Part shown: piece by piece, positions 49,102 through 60,144 of the stretch
Layout of the letters: each line of letters starts with the position of its first letter
How positions within the stretch are numbered: the stretch's first letter is position 1
Assembly (NCBI GenBank): GCA_965637545.1
Contig: OZ281495.1
Span: forward strand, 22,444,001 to 22,508,000
Direction of reading: 5' to 3'
DNA: 64,000 bases
Source of the DNA: Phallusia mammillata
Lineage: Eukaryota
Position numbers and translations under genes: made by a program
Notes under the pieces: model-generated
What the model was told of the DNA's origin: nothing
Databases searched by the model: none
Seen by the model: the letters and a program-made list of their open reading frames with translations, nothing else

Positions 49102-51592
49102 ATTACCTGTGCACTTTTATGTTTAATTGAATTTAATGTTGTTACGTTGAACACTGTATGTAATTTTTCTTGACTAATTTTTTGCTGCGATCATTTACAC
49201 AATAATTTAGTTCCCATTGCCTTGCAGTATGTTTTCGAACTGTTCCACCCGTCCCTACCGCTTGTGTATTATTTCTCTACGCAGTGTTTTGTCTGAAGTT
49301 TTTCCTCTTTGTTAAACTTGCGAAGTACAGATCCGTGTCAATACGCTATTTCAGTTCTATGAGTAAACTTGACAAGAAATTCCAGTATTTTTATGTCAGT
49401 TAAAAACAGCTTGACGTTTTCGCTTTTGAACTCTGAAGTTGATATAATAAATGCTTGTGCAACTCCGTATTCGATTTTAGGATCTATGTTTGACCGCCCC
49501 GGTTTGGCAAAATAACTTTGGCGGCATGCCTGCAAGAATGTACAATGGTTGTCTCTGTTTGGAGTACGGTTTTATACACTGGGTTTTGGATTATGCCGGC
49601 TAGAGAAACACTTCATAGTTAATACCAATACCGTAAGCCGGTTGCAAGCCCAAGACAACAGTTTAAGGATAAACACCCCAGCGAAGAGGGCTTTGGACTT
49701 GGACTTGTTCTACTCATATACTTTTTCTTTTAGAACATATCAAAACATGTTTTTTGTTTTGACATGTCTGTTGCGAATATTTTAATTTCGTAAAAGACAA
49801 AACTTTTAAAATTATACATCAGGGTTCGTAAATCTTTTAAAAGCCATGTGCAAAGTTACTCTTTTAAAATGATAATGACTTGGCGTATCACATTTTTGTG
49901 TGAAATAGTGGTTGATTTTGCCAGCTATTAAAAATAAAATCTCAAAAACAGGCAAAATCGTCCGTAATTGAGGCTGAATTTTAAGACTTGCATAAAAACG
50001 AGCAGTTTTATTGTTATACTACAGCATATGACTCACCACCACATATACCTTAAGTTGCACAGCAACACTTATAACTTTATGTCAATCCATTTTGGAATGT
50101 GAACATTTCGATGGATTGATGGCATTTCGTTTCTACATATTTACTTTGAAGTCTACAGTACCTGGAGTTTCGGACATGATTTTTTCATGTCAGAGTTCTA
50201 GTTTTGACTTTTTGACAAAACAAGGTAGATGAACATGAATTAGCAAATCGTTTGGCGTGCCATAAAAAAATCCCCTCGCATGCCAACATTGGCACTTGCC
50301 AGGTGTTGCCGACCCTGTCCTACATATTGCTTTTTCATGGATGATTGTGGGTTTACCGATACGAAATGGCAAAATCTGATTTGTGTTCTGTTGCACTTAG
50401 ACTTCTACAATAATGTCGCACTTGGACCTGAAACCAAACATATACTAATGCCCTGCTCGCAAATCTCACCACGAGAAGTAGTGTAAACCAACCCCTATCG
50501 AGAAGTTATAAGTTTAGGGTAAAACGACTTGCTTTTTTATAACTTTCAAGTAGCAGGTCGTTGATTTCAGCAGGCCACGCGTTTATCTAACTTATGTTTT
50601 GATGCACAAAATTCTTGCAACCTTATACACGTGTGATTCAATTAAACACTTTTCAATTATTTTTCAATCTTTTATTTGTGTTGTGTATTTATAATCGCCG
50701 AAAAACCAAAACAATTTGAATCGATAGTTATTTCATGAGAGATGAGTTATCTTTCGGGTCGTTATCTTCATCGGAATATAAAAACAACCACTGAAAGATA
50801 AATATGTTCAGCACGACGTTCTTCACATGCACCAGAGGATTAGTTTATTAGTAATCCAAGCATAAATGTATGGGACTCTGATTCTCTTGGCTTACTACTT
50901 TTCAACTGACGTTTTATCGTATTTCAAACATACGAACTAATTTTTAAAAGGGATATTATATACTGCTGTTTTTGCCAATACTGCTTACAAAAGTACAGTC
51001 ATCCTATCATATGTGCGTAATTCAACTCTTTAGGGGAAGTTGTGAAAAGTTATAAATATTTAAATATCTTCTCGATTGCACGAAATTCCGGATATACAAC
51101 ATGACTATTTCATTTAAGCTAAGATTTCCATCAAGACAAATGCGTGTCGCTTACTTACATAATACTCACAGTATAGACCGCATGGGGCAGTTTACCGGAT
51201 GCTGACGGCAAATCGTTGGACATTATCAGCCGAGTGTTCCGTCACGATCGTCTTGTCATCCTGATCAAGGGTGGTGAAAAACACCGCAATCACCCTACTC
51301 ATGTATTATGCAGCACAGCTGTGGTTTTTGGCATTGTCACAGTTGGACCTATTGGCTTTCCGGCAATCGCAATTAGCCCCGTTTTCTGAAGTCAGAAATC
51401 GAATTAGGCCCTTGGCGACGCGAAATTGAGTTGTATAACAATCAGCTTGTCCCCAAAGACCCTAAACTCCGATTCCTGATTATTTTAAAGAATTTTATTG
51501 ACATCTGTCGGTGTCAGATGTGTAAGCTAAGCTGTTTGGAACAGATCCAAAAAAATGTTTTTTGTTTAAACGTAAGGTACCAGCGTGTAGAT

Positions 51593-52012
51593 CAGCGGTT
51601 CCCAAACTGGGGTCCGCGGTCCTTTAGGGGTCCGTGAGGCAATTTTTGGGGGACCGCGAAGCGGTTGAAGTAATGCTATAATCTTATTTGGCGTCAGTTT
51701 GTGCCACTAAATAAGTTTAAATCAAAGTAGAATTAAGAATCGACTGTCTCCATTGCTAAATAATGGCCTTTATTGAATGACAACTAAAAAAAATGCAATT
51801 GTTCGCGCACAATCGTAATGTTTTTGTCCTGTTTGTGATGTCACATGCTGTCTTTGGATGATTATTATGCGCAATTTTGCACAACTAGCTAAAATCCTGC
51901 AATAAACTTTCGTTTTTATGAAATACACATTTAGGCTTAAGGACCGCGAGCCCTTGAAATAATGGCAAGGGGACCGTTTAGAAAAAAATATGAAAAAGTT
52001 TGGGAACCACTG
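51593..52012 (-). mobile_element. 420-bp hAT MITE, full length, reverse orientation to the 35278 copy
   Basis: TIRs CAGCGGTTCCCAAAC / GTTTGGGAACCACTG; perfect TSD GTGTAGAT (51585-51592 and 52013-52020). Confidence 0.93.
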
Positions 52013-53395
52013 GTGTAGATTAATGAAAAATGTTCGTTTGAGGGAGTTATTTCAGAAGCAAATCAATAATTGTTCATTGCGTTCTATCGTAATTGCAAAC
52101 CAGATGAGCCCTCAGCGAAATATAAGTTTATATTTTAAATAGTTTTATATTTTCTAAACTATCTGTTACATATTTTTTCAATTTTTAAGCCAAATCGGTC
52201 ACGGTTGCTTAACATATTTTGTATGTTACGTACGGTGCGTACAAGTATTAGGACCCTCTGCTCCATATAAAGTATGAGAAAAAATATATCCGATTTTAAA
52301 TAAGCTTATATAGGTTACATACTCACGAATTTTGGTACCTATTGTTTTTTGTTGTTGTGAATGATTTGAAGGTGAGTCAAAATACCTCCAGGTACTTTAG
52401 GTATAGCTTACTTTAGGGTGACTTCTACTTCAAAAATCCAGGATGTCTTTCAAAACTGGATAAAAAAAACTTTGAATGCTTCACTTCAGAATTTTGTGAA
52501 ACATTAGAAAAATATTGTACAGATAAGGTAATCATAGTTCTTGTCAAGTTCAGAAGTCTCAAAGTTGCAGTAACGATATATAAAAGCTACAATCTGTGAA
52601 GGTGAATAAGTTAAACCAATTAATTGTATCAGTGTAATAAAAGGTATCTCGTCTTTACGCATGTTTTGCTAAAGCGTTAATGAGCTATTTCATTGGGCAT
52701 TAAAACTCATTTATACATCCTGTCCGAAATCCCTATCAATATTTTATTTATACCTAATCTAAAATGCAATTACGTGCCACAGCTTCAGGTTTTATTTTTC
52801 ATGGTTTCCCATTTATCACAATTATCGGATTCGCGCAGCGTTTTTGTCCTCAGCGGTCGTTAAGTAGACGGTGGCGGGTAAGCAAAGCGGAATAATACGC
52901 GGCTGAGACTGAGAATCGCACGCATTCTTGCATGTGTTATCGTCTGGAATATGTTTATGAGCCAATGAATTAAACATAGTTTATCCGCAGCGAGTGGGAA
53001 AGTCTGAAACTACGAGTGTCTTGTTGCTTACGCATTTTCTTCTGTTGAATTATTGATGACAATGGCGCGCATATACACCTATAGACATTTCGTTATGACG
53101 GCGTGTCGAGTTGTATCCCACGCTAAGCTACATCTCTTCCGTAAACCGCCGGGTGTTTGGAAATGGTTTACCGAGCTTGGAGGTCGATTGCGGCAAATTT
53201 AGTACGCCAAATTGTTTCTGCAGCGGTTTTTGCTTTTTAGGCGCGAGTTTGCTTTTTTTATCGTGAAACGAACATAAAAATGTCAAAATCAAATTTTCAG
53301 CAAAAAAAGTAAAATTAATCATTTGCAATGTCGTAATAGCAGTGTAAAACTTGTTCTGTTTTAAAGGTGTGTAATCAAGCTTTAGGTTAGACGCT

Positions 53396-56300
53396 ATGGA
53401 TTACTTAATCAACATCGTTGTGAGTCTGATTTGTCTGTTTATTTTGTGTTGTTGCTCCGATGCCCAGCTAATGCAATGTCTTCATCATCAGTGCGAAGTT
53501 CCTGCAATTAAAACAGGAAGAGAACAATCAGGTATGTGTTAACTTGTTTTGTATTGAAAACTTGCTTTACCGTAGAAACTGTAAAAATGGCAATGTAAAA
53601 TCCACATGTTGAAAATTAAAAGTGGCAGTTAAAATTCCGTCAAAAATCTGGAAATTTTTTTGGTTTGAGGTATTTCGTGACACGAATAAATACCGTAAGA
53701 ATGTCCAGCAAAATAGATTGTTTTTTATATATACAGGCAAGGTTTTGACGTCCCATTGTTTCTACTATTATTATCCTTTTTCTTAAAAAAAAAACGATGC
53801 AGTAAAACCTAATAGTATGATATTCATTTGTATTTGCAAGACAAATAAAAATTGCTGTTATTGCTGCGGATTGCATAATACTTTTTCAATATTACGTTAC
53901 AGCGTATATGAGAGTAATATGAGTTTTGTCTTGGTTTGAGTCGACAGGCACTGCAAAAAACAAAAATATTATTTAAAAATATCATAACTTCTGCATTGGT
54001 CTATGGAAACTTAAAATAAATGAGCATTTCAAAATATTTTCAGACATGGCAACTTTCATTAAATATTAAAGGACAAAACTTTTTGGCTGGGTGGACCCAG
54101 TACACACTCATGTGAAAAAAAAATCACATTTAAAAAAATATTCATCACATTTTACATAGATCAGAGTTTGACGCATCTGGCAGCGTGCGAGCCAAGAAAT
54201 AATGGTGCTGACGTTGCTCCGCTGGGAAACATTAGCGTCTCGCCTGCAAATGCTACATGCCGTACACCAGACGTGCAAATCTGCAGCCTAGTAAGTACAA
54301 ACCTAGTAAAAGTGACATTCACAAATTAGCAAATATCGAATACAAGATGCAGCAGAATTTCACTGTTTTGCCCTTTTGCTGTTGATTTTTAGTCTCATTT
54401 CATCTAAAATATGCAGGGAAGAGTGCCTATTTGAATGAATACATTACGTTTACTAGCCTTCATACGTAACCTATGTTGTGTAGGCAAGTCCTGTTGTGCA
54501 AATCGATTGTGCTTACCTTACATAACGAAATATCTTGTTGCATCGCGTTGCAGAAAAACCGTATCTCGTGTTTGACGTGTGACGCCAGTCGCATCGATAA
54601 ACGTCACGAGCCAAGTCACATGACCGACGGGATAAAATGGACGTGGTGGCAAAGTGTCACGTGGCCAGGTCCCCGGGATAACCCACTGTCAGTGAATATT
54701 ACCCTGCAACTGCCAAAGGTTTTTATATTGACTGGTAAATACAATTTGCTGTATAATTTTTGCTTTATTCAACCCGTGACTAACTCTGTGTCGAACAAAG
54801 GTTGAAATATTTTTTTATGTTTCAATACGCGGATTTGGCATTTGTTTAAGAAATGCCAACGGACATTTGCTGTTTTAATACATTTCATAAATAAAAAATA
54901 TTGTAGGGAACACTATGCAAAATACTATTGCTTTTCAATCAGTTTTATGGCAAAGAAACCAATGTTTTGACATCCTTTGTGAGACGCCTTTCTCAACACA
55001 ATCGCTTTTTTCACCCTAGAAAACATTGATAAACAACCTCAGACCACAGACTGGCACCGACGAAATGATGAAATGACGTGCATCAAAATGTTTTGTAGTT
55101 TATGGGATCGGTTGCGTTTCTATCCGAAAAAGGGCGTCTCGAAAATAATTTCGAAACGTCGGTTTCTTTGTCAGTAAATGTTTAAAAAGCAAGATTTGTA
55201 AATATACATAAAATTACCGATAAAAATTGTTTTTTCTTGTGACAATCCTGCAGATGACATTAAGATAGAATTTTACGATGGCCGACCACAAGTAATGATT
55301 GTTGAGAAATCATCAAACTACGGCGCAACCTGGGAACCAATGGAATATTTTGCGGACGATTGTCTCAAAGCTTTTGATATCGAACCAACGTAAGCAAAAA
55401 TACCGAACTAAACTGTTCCGTACCATCAACATTGATTAGCCTTACAAAACATTGTATGATAGAAATGAGAGGTTTCATGCATACATTACAAGAAAGGTCG
55501 ATCTGCCAGTTTTAAACAAAAACAAAATCTCGTAGACGATTTTTTGTCCTTAGAATCTGGTGTTTCAGTTTTTGTTGAGGAAAAACTATAAATGAAATGC
55601 GAGTGAAATATGCTTTGTTCACGTAAAGCAATTGCTGTTTCATTATATTTAATTTCTTTCAACAGCATGTTGCAATATTTCGTACACTTAAAACGGAGTG
55701 TTTGTGTAATCCTGAATTCACGCAGGTCTTCTTTCATTTGCTTAATGATAGCTAAACATGACTTTATGTGGTTTGCAGTGATATTACCAAGGCGCCGGCG
55801 ACAGTAGAAGAAGCCCTGGCCCCATTTTGCTCCGAGGATTATAGTATTAACTACAGATGGGATATGAGCGGTGTTGTTCCAGTTGCGGTTGCCAAAAGAC
55901 TTAACGCTTTGACGTCTTTGGGTCTTGGAAAGGTATGATGACACGATTTGGTTGCCAATTATGTTCATTGTGTAAATACGCCGAACGCATTCAGCGTATT
56001 CATTGTGAGGTTTAACTTTTGTTTTATATATATACAAACCTATAACCCAATAAATACCCGAAAATGCTTTTCTATTAACCACATTATACCATTATGTACG
56101 AAGTGGCAGTGTTTTTTTAAGGTGTTTTGCCAGCGGTTTCTCCAGCGGTTTCCCAAAATTTGGAAATGGCTATTTTTTGGTATTTAAATGAAACACTTGC
56201 GGTCTCTTAAAACTACTTAGCGGTCACCCAAACCAAACCTTAAAAAAAACCTGCGAAGTGGCATACGTCTAACATACGGAAAACTTTTTCCTCCCATCTT

Positions 56301-59300
56301 TTTTATCTAATTACTTTCATTCAAATTTAATTTTGCGGTTTTTACTCGTTTGTGAAACACGCTTTATAATTTATGCATGGTCCTCACCTCCACTAACAAG
56401 TTTGCCCCCAGGCCGAAGTGTGCACCTCCCTGTGGAATGACACATTGGGTCTCAAGTCTTTCCTGGAGATTACCAGCCTTCGAATTCGACTTCTAAGTCC
56501 AGCTGTCCTATACCCATCGGGTAAAGATTCGCGAGATGACCCAGATTCGCAACCGACTCGATCTGAGCACTATGGAATCAAAAAGATCGAGATATCAGCC
56601 AGGTATTATAACAAACCTCATCAAACAAAATATTTTGTTTTTTTCGATTAAGGCGGTTGCCTCTGTGTGACTTTTGTCCGGTTTTTTCTGTGTATTTTGC
56701 ATTCCTACCTTTGACATTCTGTGTTGATCGTAAACAACCTAAAGGACACCGACTTATACTTTGTTAATACTTGTTGAATTATTTTTCACCATCAAATGTT
56801 TTGCATTTTCCACTTCTGTTTTTAAAACAAAACCCAGCGAATCGTATGGTAGTTTAATAACGTAGCGTTGAGTTCATTTTGCACGGCTTTGGGCAGGGGT
56901 GGGCAATTAATTTTTAAAACGGGCCACATAAGAAACCTGACTTATGTCCGAGGGCCAAACCAACGATTACTTGGTTAAACTTTATTCTACATTTGAGCGT
57001 TGTAATGCAAATATTTATAGTTTGCATAAAAAATAAGCGGGCAAATTGACATGAAAAATAGCAATTTAGCTTGCAATATTACGCTGAAATGTTAAAACCC
57101 AAAGTTTTTATTCAATTAGGTTGATCAAATTTGCGTTTAAGCTTTCCACTTTGTAAAAATCAGATTTTTGTGTTTTTCCCATCCCCGCTGTATTACTTTG
57201 ACACAAAAGAGCACTGTAGGCTTTATCGCATAACAATGGGTTGAACAACTTGTGTTTTATGACGATTTTGACCAGCATCACACGCAGCTGTTCGCCTACG
57301 CACGTGCATCACTACGTATCATATATAACAAATGGATTTTTAAAATAACAGCAAAATTGCCATATTTCATGCACAGCATAAATAGACCTATATTGGATTG
57401 ATGTTTTAATTTACTTAAACCTCACGCGGGCCGGACAGGGACAGCCAACGGGCCGGATGTGGCCCGCGGGCCGTAAAATGTCCAGGTCTGCCTTTGGGTG
57501 TGTTTTTACATGTGTAAGTAGTTTCTGAACTATATATTAAACTCTTACCTACCGTAGATGCCAGTGCAACGGTCATGCCAGCATTTGTACTTTGGGAAGA
57601 AAGTCGGCCACATGCGAATGCAAACACGACACGATGGGAAGCGAATGTCAGCAATGTCGTTCTTTGTTTTGGATAGAGAAGTGGAAACCAGGAATGTATG
57701 TGCCTGGCAAACAGCGTGGAATGGCGAACCCATGTAATAAGTGTTATTTTTTTATTTTTCCGATGCGTTATAATCCGGTTTTGAAAGAATTTGAGCAATG
57801 AAACTAGTAAAATAATTGATAATAACACAGCCAATTCGTTTAAGAAAAAATTATGATGTACTGGTGTTTATCTACCAAATTGGTTTGGACCGCTCCGCAA
57901 GTTGCTTACTCAACACAGAATATAACTTAGTTGCACTTCATATAAAATCAAGGCACATTTGCATTAAATCACCTTCTCCAACTTACTTCTAGACCGTTAT
58001 TTGTTACAGGTTTATCCTATTTCTCAAAGTGGTACCGGAAGAAACTGATTTCGCAAGGGCGCCACAATAAATCTGATGTCATAAGTCGCACCCCCTTTCC
58101 AGCACCATGTCAATGCAACAAACATAGTCACCGGTGCGAGATTATTCCCACTCTAGGAATAACTTGCGTCGATTGTCGTCACAACACGGAGGGACAGAAC
58201 TGCCACAACTGTCGGCTCAACTATTTCAAAAGTCCTGGACGAAGGTTGCAAGATCGTAACGTTTGTCAAGGTAAGATTTTCAGAAACAAGCTTAAACACA
58301 AAAACAACACAATTTTCGCATTATCACGTTTGTTAGAGGGAATAAAATTTAGAAAAAAAACAGTAGCTAATACAACCTATACGTACAGTAAACTTCGGCT
58401 AATTCGGACCAGTTTGAATTCAAAAATTGTCCGGGTTAAAGATCTGGATTAACCGACGTCCATTAGAGTAAGCTTAACCACATTACAATTCATTTGTACT
58501 TCAAGTTCCAGTGGTTCCCAAACTTTTTCATATTTTTTCAAAACGGTCCCTTTGCCATTATTTCGGAAGCTCGCGGTCCTTAAGACTAAATGACAATCAT
58601 CCAAAGACAGCATGTGACATCACAAACAGAACAAAAACATTACGATTGTGCGCGAACAATTGCATTTTTGATAGTTGTCATTCAATAAAGGCCATTGTTT
58701 AGCAATGGAGACAATCGATTCTCAATTCTACTTTGATTTAAACTTATTTAGTGGCACAAACTGAAGCCAAATAAGATTAAAGAATTACTTTAACCGCTTC
58801 GCGGTCCCCCCAAAATTGCCTCACGGACCCCTAAAGGCCCGCGGACCCCAGTTTGGGAGCCGCTGGATTAGGCGAAGGTCCGGATTAACCGAATGTGGGT
58901 TAACCGGGGTTTACTGTAGTAGTATTTATCCTGGGAAAATTATTATTAGCACCAAAAAATACAGATTTGAGGCACTTGTAACATCGCATGCTCTTGGCAA
59001 TGTTGTGTGCTACGCGATGCGTTAATTCTGTCAACAATACCCAATTCATAATCCAAACCAATTGCAACATATGAAACCGCCACCTCAAAAAAGTTTAGCG
59101 TGCTTTCAATAAAATATGGGATTAAGTTTTCATATGTTCTGCTGTCAGTGTGTATGATGCAACATCTCATTGCTACTTGTGTTTTGACAGCGTGCAACTG
59201 TAGTCCCTTGGGTTCATACAGCCGATGGTGTGGAACAAACGGACAATGCCACTGCAAACCCGGATTCGGTGGACGGAGGTGTGATAAATGCAAAAACGGA

Positions 59301-60144
59301 TATTACATGTTCCAAAATGATTGCTACGGTAGGTTGTCAATTTCTTTCGAAGTTTTCAATTTTGAAAGTTCAATTTCGAAGTTTGTCACCTATTCCATTG
59401 TAATTCGAACAGTGATCCAGTGTGTCGTTTATTGAAAACTGACTCTTGCCCAAATGATCACAAAACGTCCGCAAAGATGCTAGTAAGGCGATATATATAT
59501 ATATACAGGTTTTTTTTAAGGTTTGGTTTGGGTGACCGCTAAGTAGTTTTAAGAGACCGCAAGTGTTTCATTTAAATACCAAAAAATAGCCATATTTGCT
59601 TAAACGAAATATTTATTAGGCTACTGGCAAATTTTGGGAAACAGCTGGAGAAATTTGGGGGACCGTTTCGGTCTGTGTTCATATACAAGCTAGCTGAGGC
59701 AGTTGTTTTCAATTACTTTCCAAAGCCGTTCATAGAGTTACCGGGTCAAATATGTTCAAAGCTGAGGAATATAAATCGTATAGTCAGTACGCACTAAAAC
59801 AGTGGATTGCCCTAAAAACGCTCATAGCTAAATTCATTTAACAAATTGTTTTGTGCATTCAAATTACAGAAGTTGATAGGCGTTGCATTGATTCCATTAC
59901 TAATCGTTGTGTGGAATTCTCGCCGGACAAAAGCTCATGCAACACGACCGCCACCAAGTGGTGCGTCTGCTCAACTTACAATATTGGCGATTGCAAGTCG
60001 TCCTTACCCAACTACACGAAGAAGGTTCAGGCCAGAAAAGTCAGCAGCCCACAGCCACCAGATGGCGCTGCTCATCAAATCAGTGGATCTTTGACATTTT
60101 GTGGGTTGTTAATCGGCTTGCTTTATATTGTAAGTGTGAACTGA
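53396..60144 (+). CDS. NTNG: Netrin-G-like GPI-anchored laminin N-terminal protein (signal, LN, 3 LE, EGF, GPI signal), 592 aa, 10 exons
   Basis: Exons 53396-53531, 54160-54290, 54554-54734, 55254-55389, 55779-55932, 56412-56602, 57558-57733, 58010-58270, 59191-59328, 59870-60144; 1779 nt in frame. LN blocks AACEP...ATC...C, CDAS...HEPSHM, WWQSVTW...[68 protein letters not shown]1 ends [16 protein letters not shown] (cf. NTNG1 PGSYLPIPKGTANTC). No NTR/C345C domain; hydrophobic tail [19 protein letters not shown]. Confidence 0.88.
56166..56253 (+). repeat. 88-bp repeat copy A (netrin-G intron 5), exact reverse complement of 59506-59593
   Basis: ATGGCTATTTTTTGGTATTTAAATGAAACACTTGCGGTCTCTTAAAACTACTTAGCGGTCACCCAAACCAAACCTTAAAAAAAACCTG; weaker similarity extends to about 56137. 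Confidence 0.9.
56894..57490. mobile_element. About 597-bp older hAT MITE in netrin-G intron 6
   Basis: Left end CAGGGGTGGGCAA; right subterminal GTGGCCCGCGGGCCG; degenerate right TIR ending TCTG; TSD GCTTTGGG / CCTTTGGG (7/8). Confidence 0.75.
58386..58917. mobile_element. Tc1/mariner (pogo/Tigger-like) MITE with TA target duplication in netrin-G intron 8
   Basis: TA|CAGTAAACTTCGGCTAA ... TTAACCGGGGTTTACTG|TA; repeated GGATTAACCGA subterminal motifs. Confidence 0.8.
58509..58865 (+). mobile_element. Internally deleted copy (357 bp) of the 420-bp hAT MITE nested in the Tigger-like element
   Basis: Both TIRs present (CAGTGGTTCCCAAAC ... GTTTGGGAGCCGCTG); about 63 bp shorter than the 35278 copy; no TSD retained. 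Confidence 0.88.
59506..59593 (-). repeat. 88-bp repeat copy B (netrin-G intron 9), preceded by a (TA)n run
   Basis: Exact reverse complement of 56166-56253; (AT)n at 59491-59505. Confidence 0.9.

Noticed and set aside
55486-56082. 198-aa minus-strand ORF, the longest in the ORF track
   Set aside because: It lies antisense to netrin-G exon 5 and its flanking introns, with no recognisable motif or splice support; most likely a shadow ORF.
58096-58103. Strong-looking internal acceptor tttccag|CA just before netrin-G LE2
   Set aside because: It is in frame but would turn the junction codon TGT (Cys8 of LE1) into TCA, breaking a disulfide; the 58009 acceptor is preferred.
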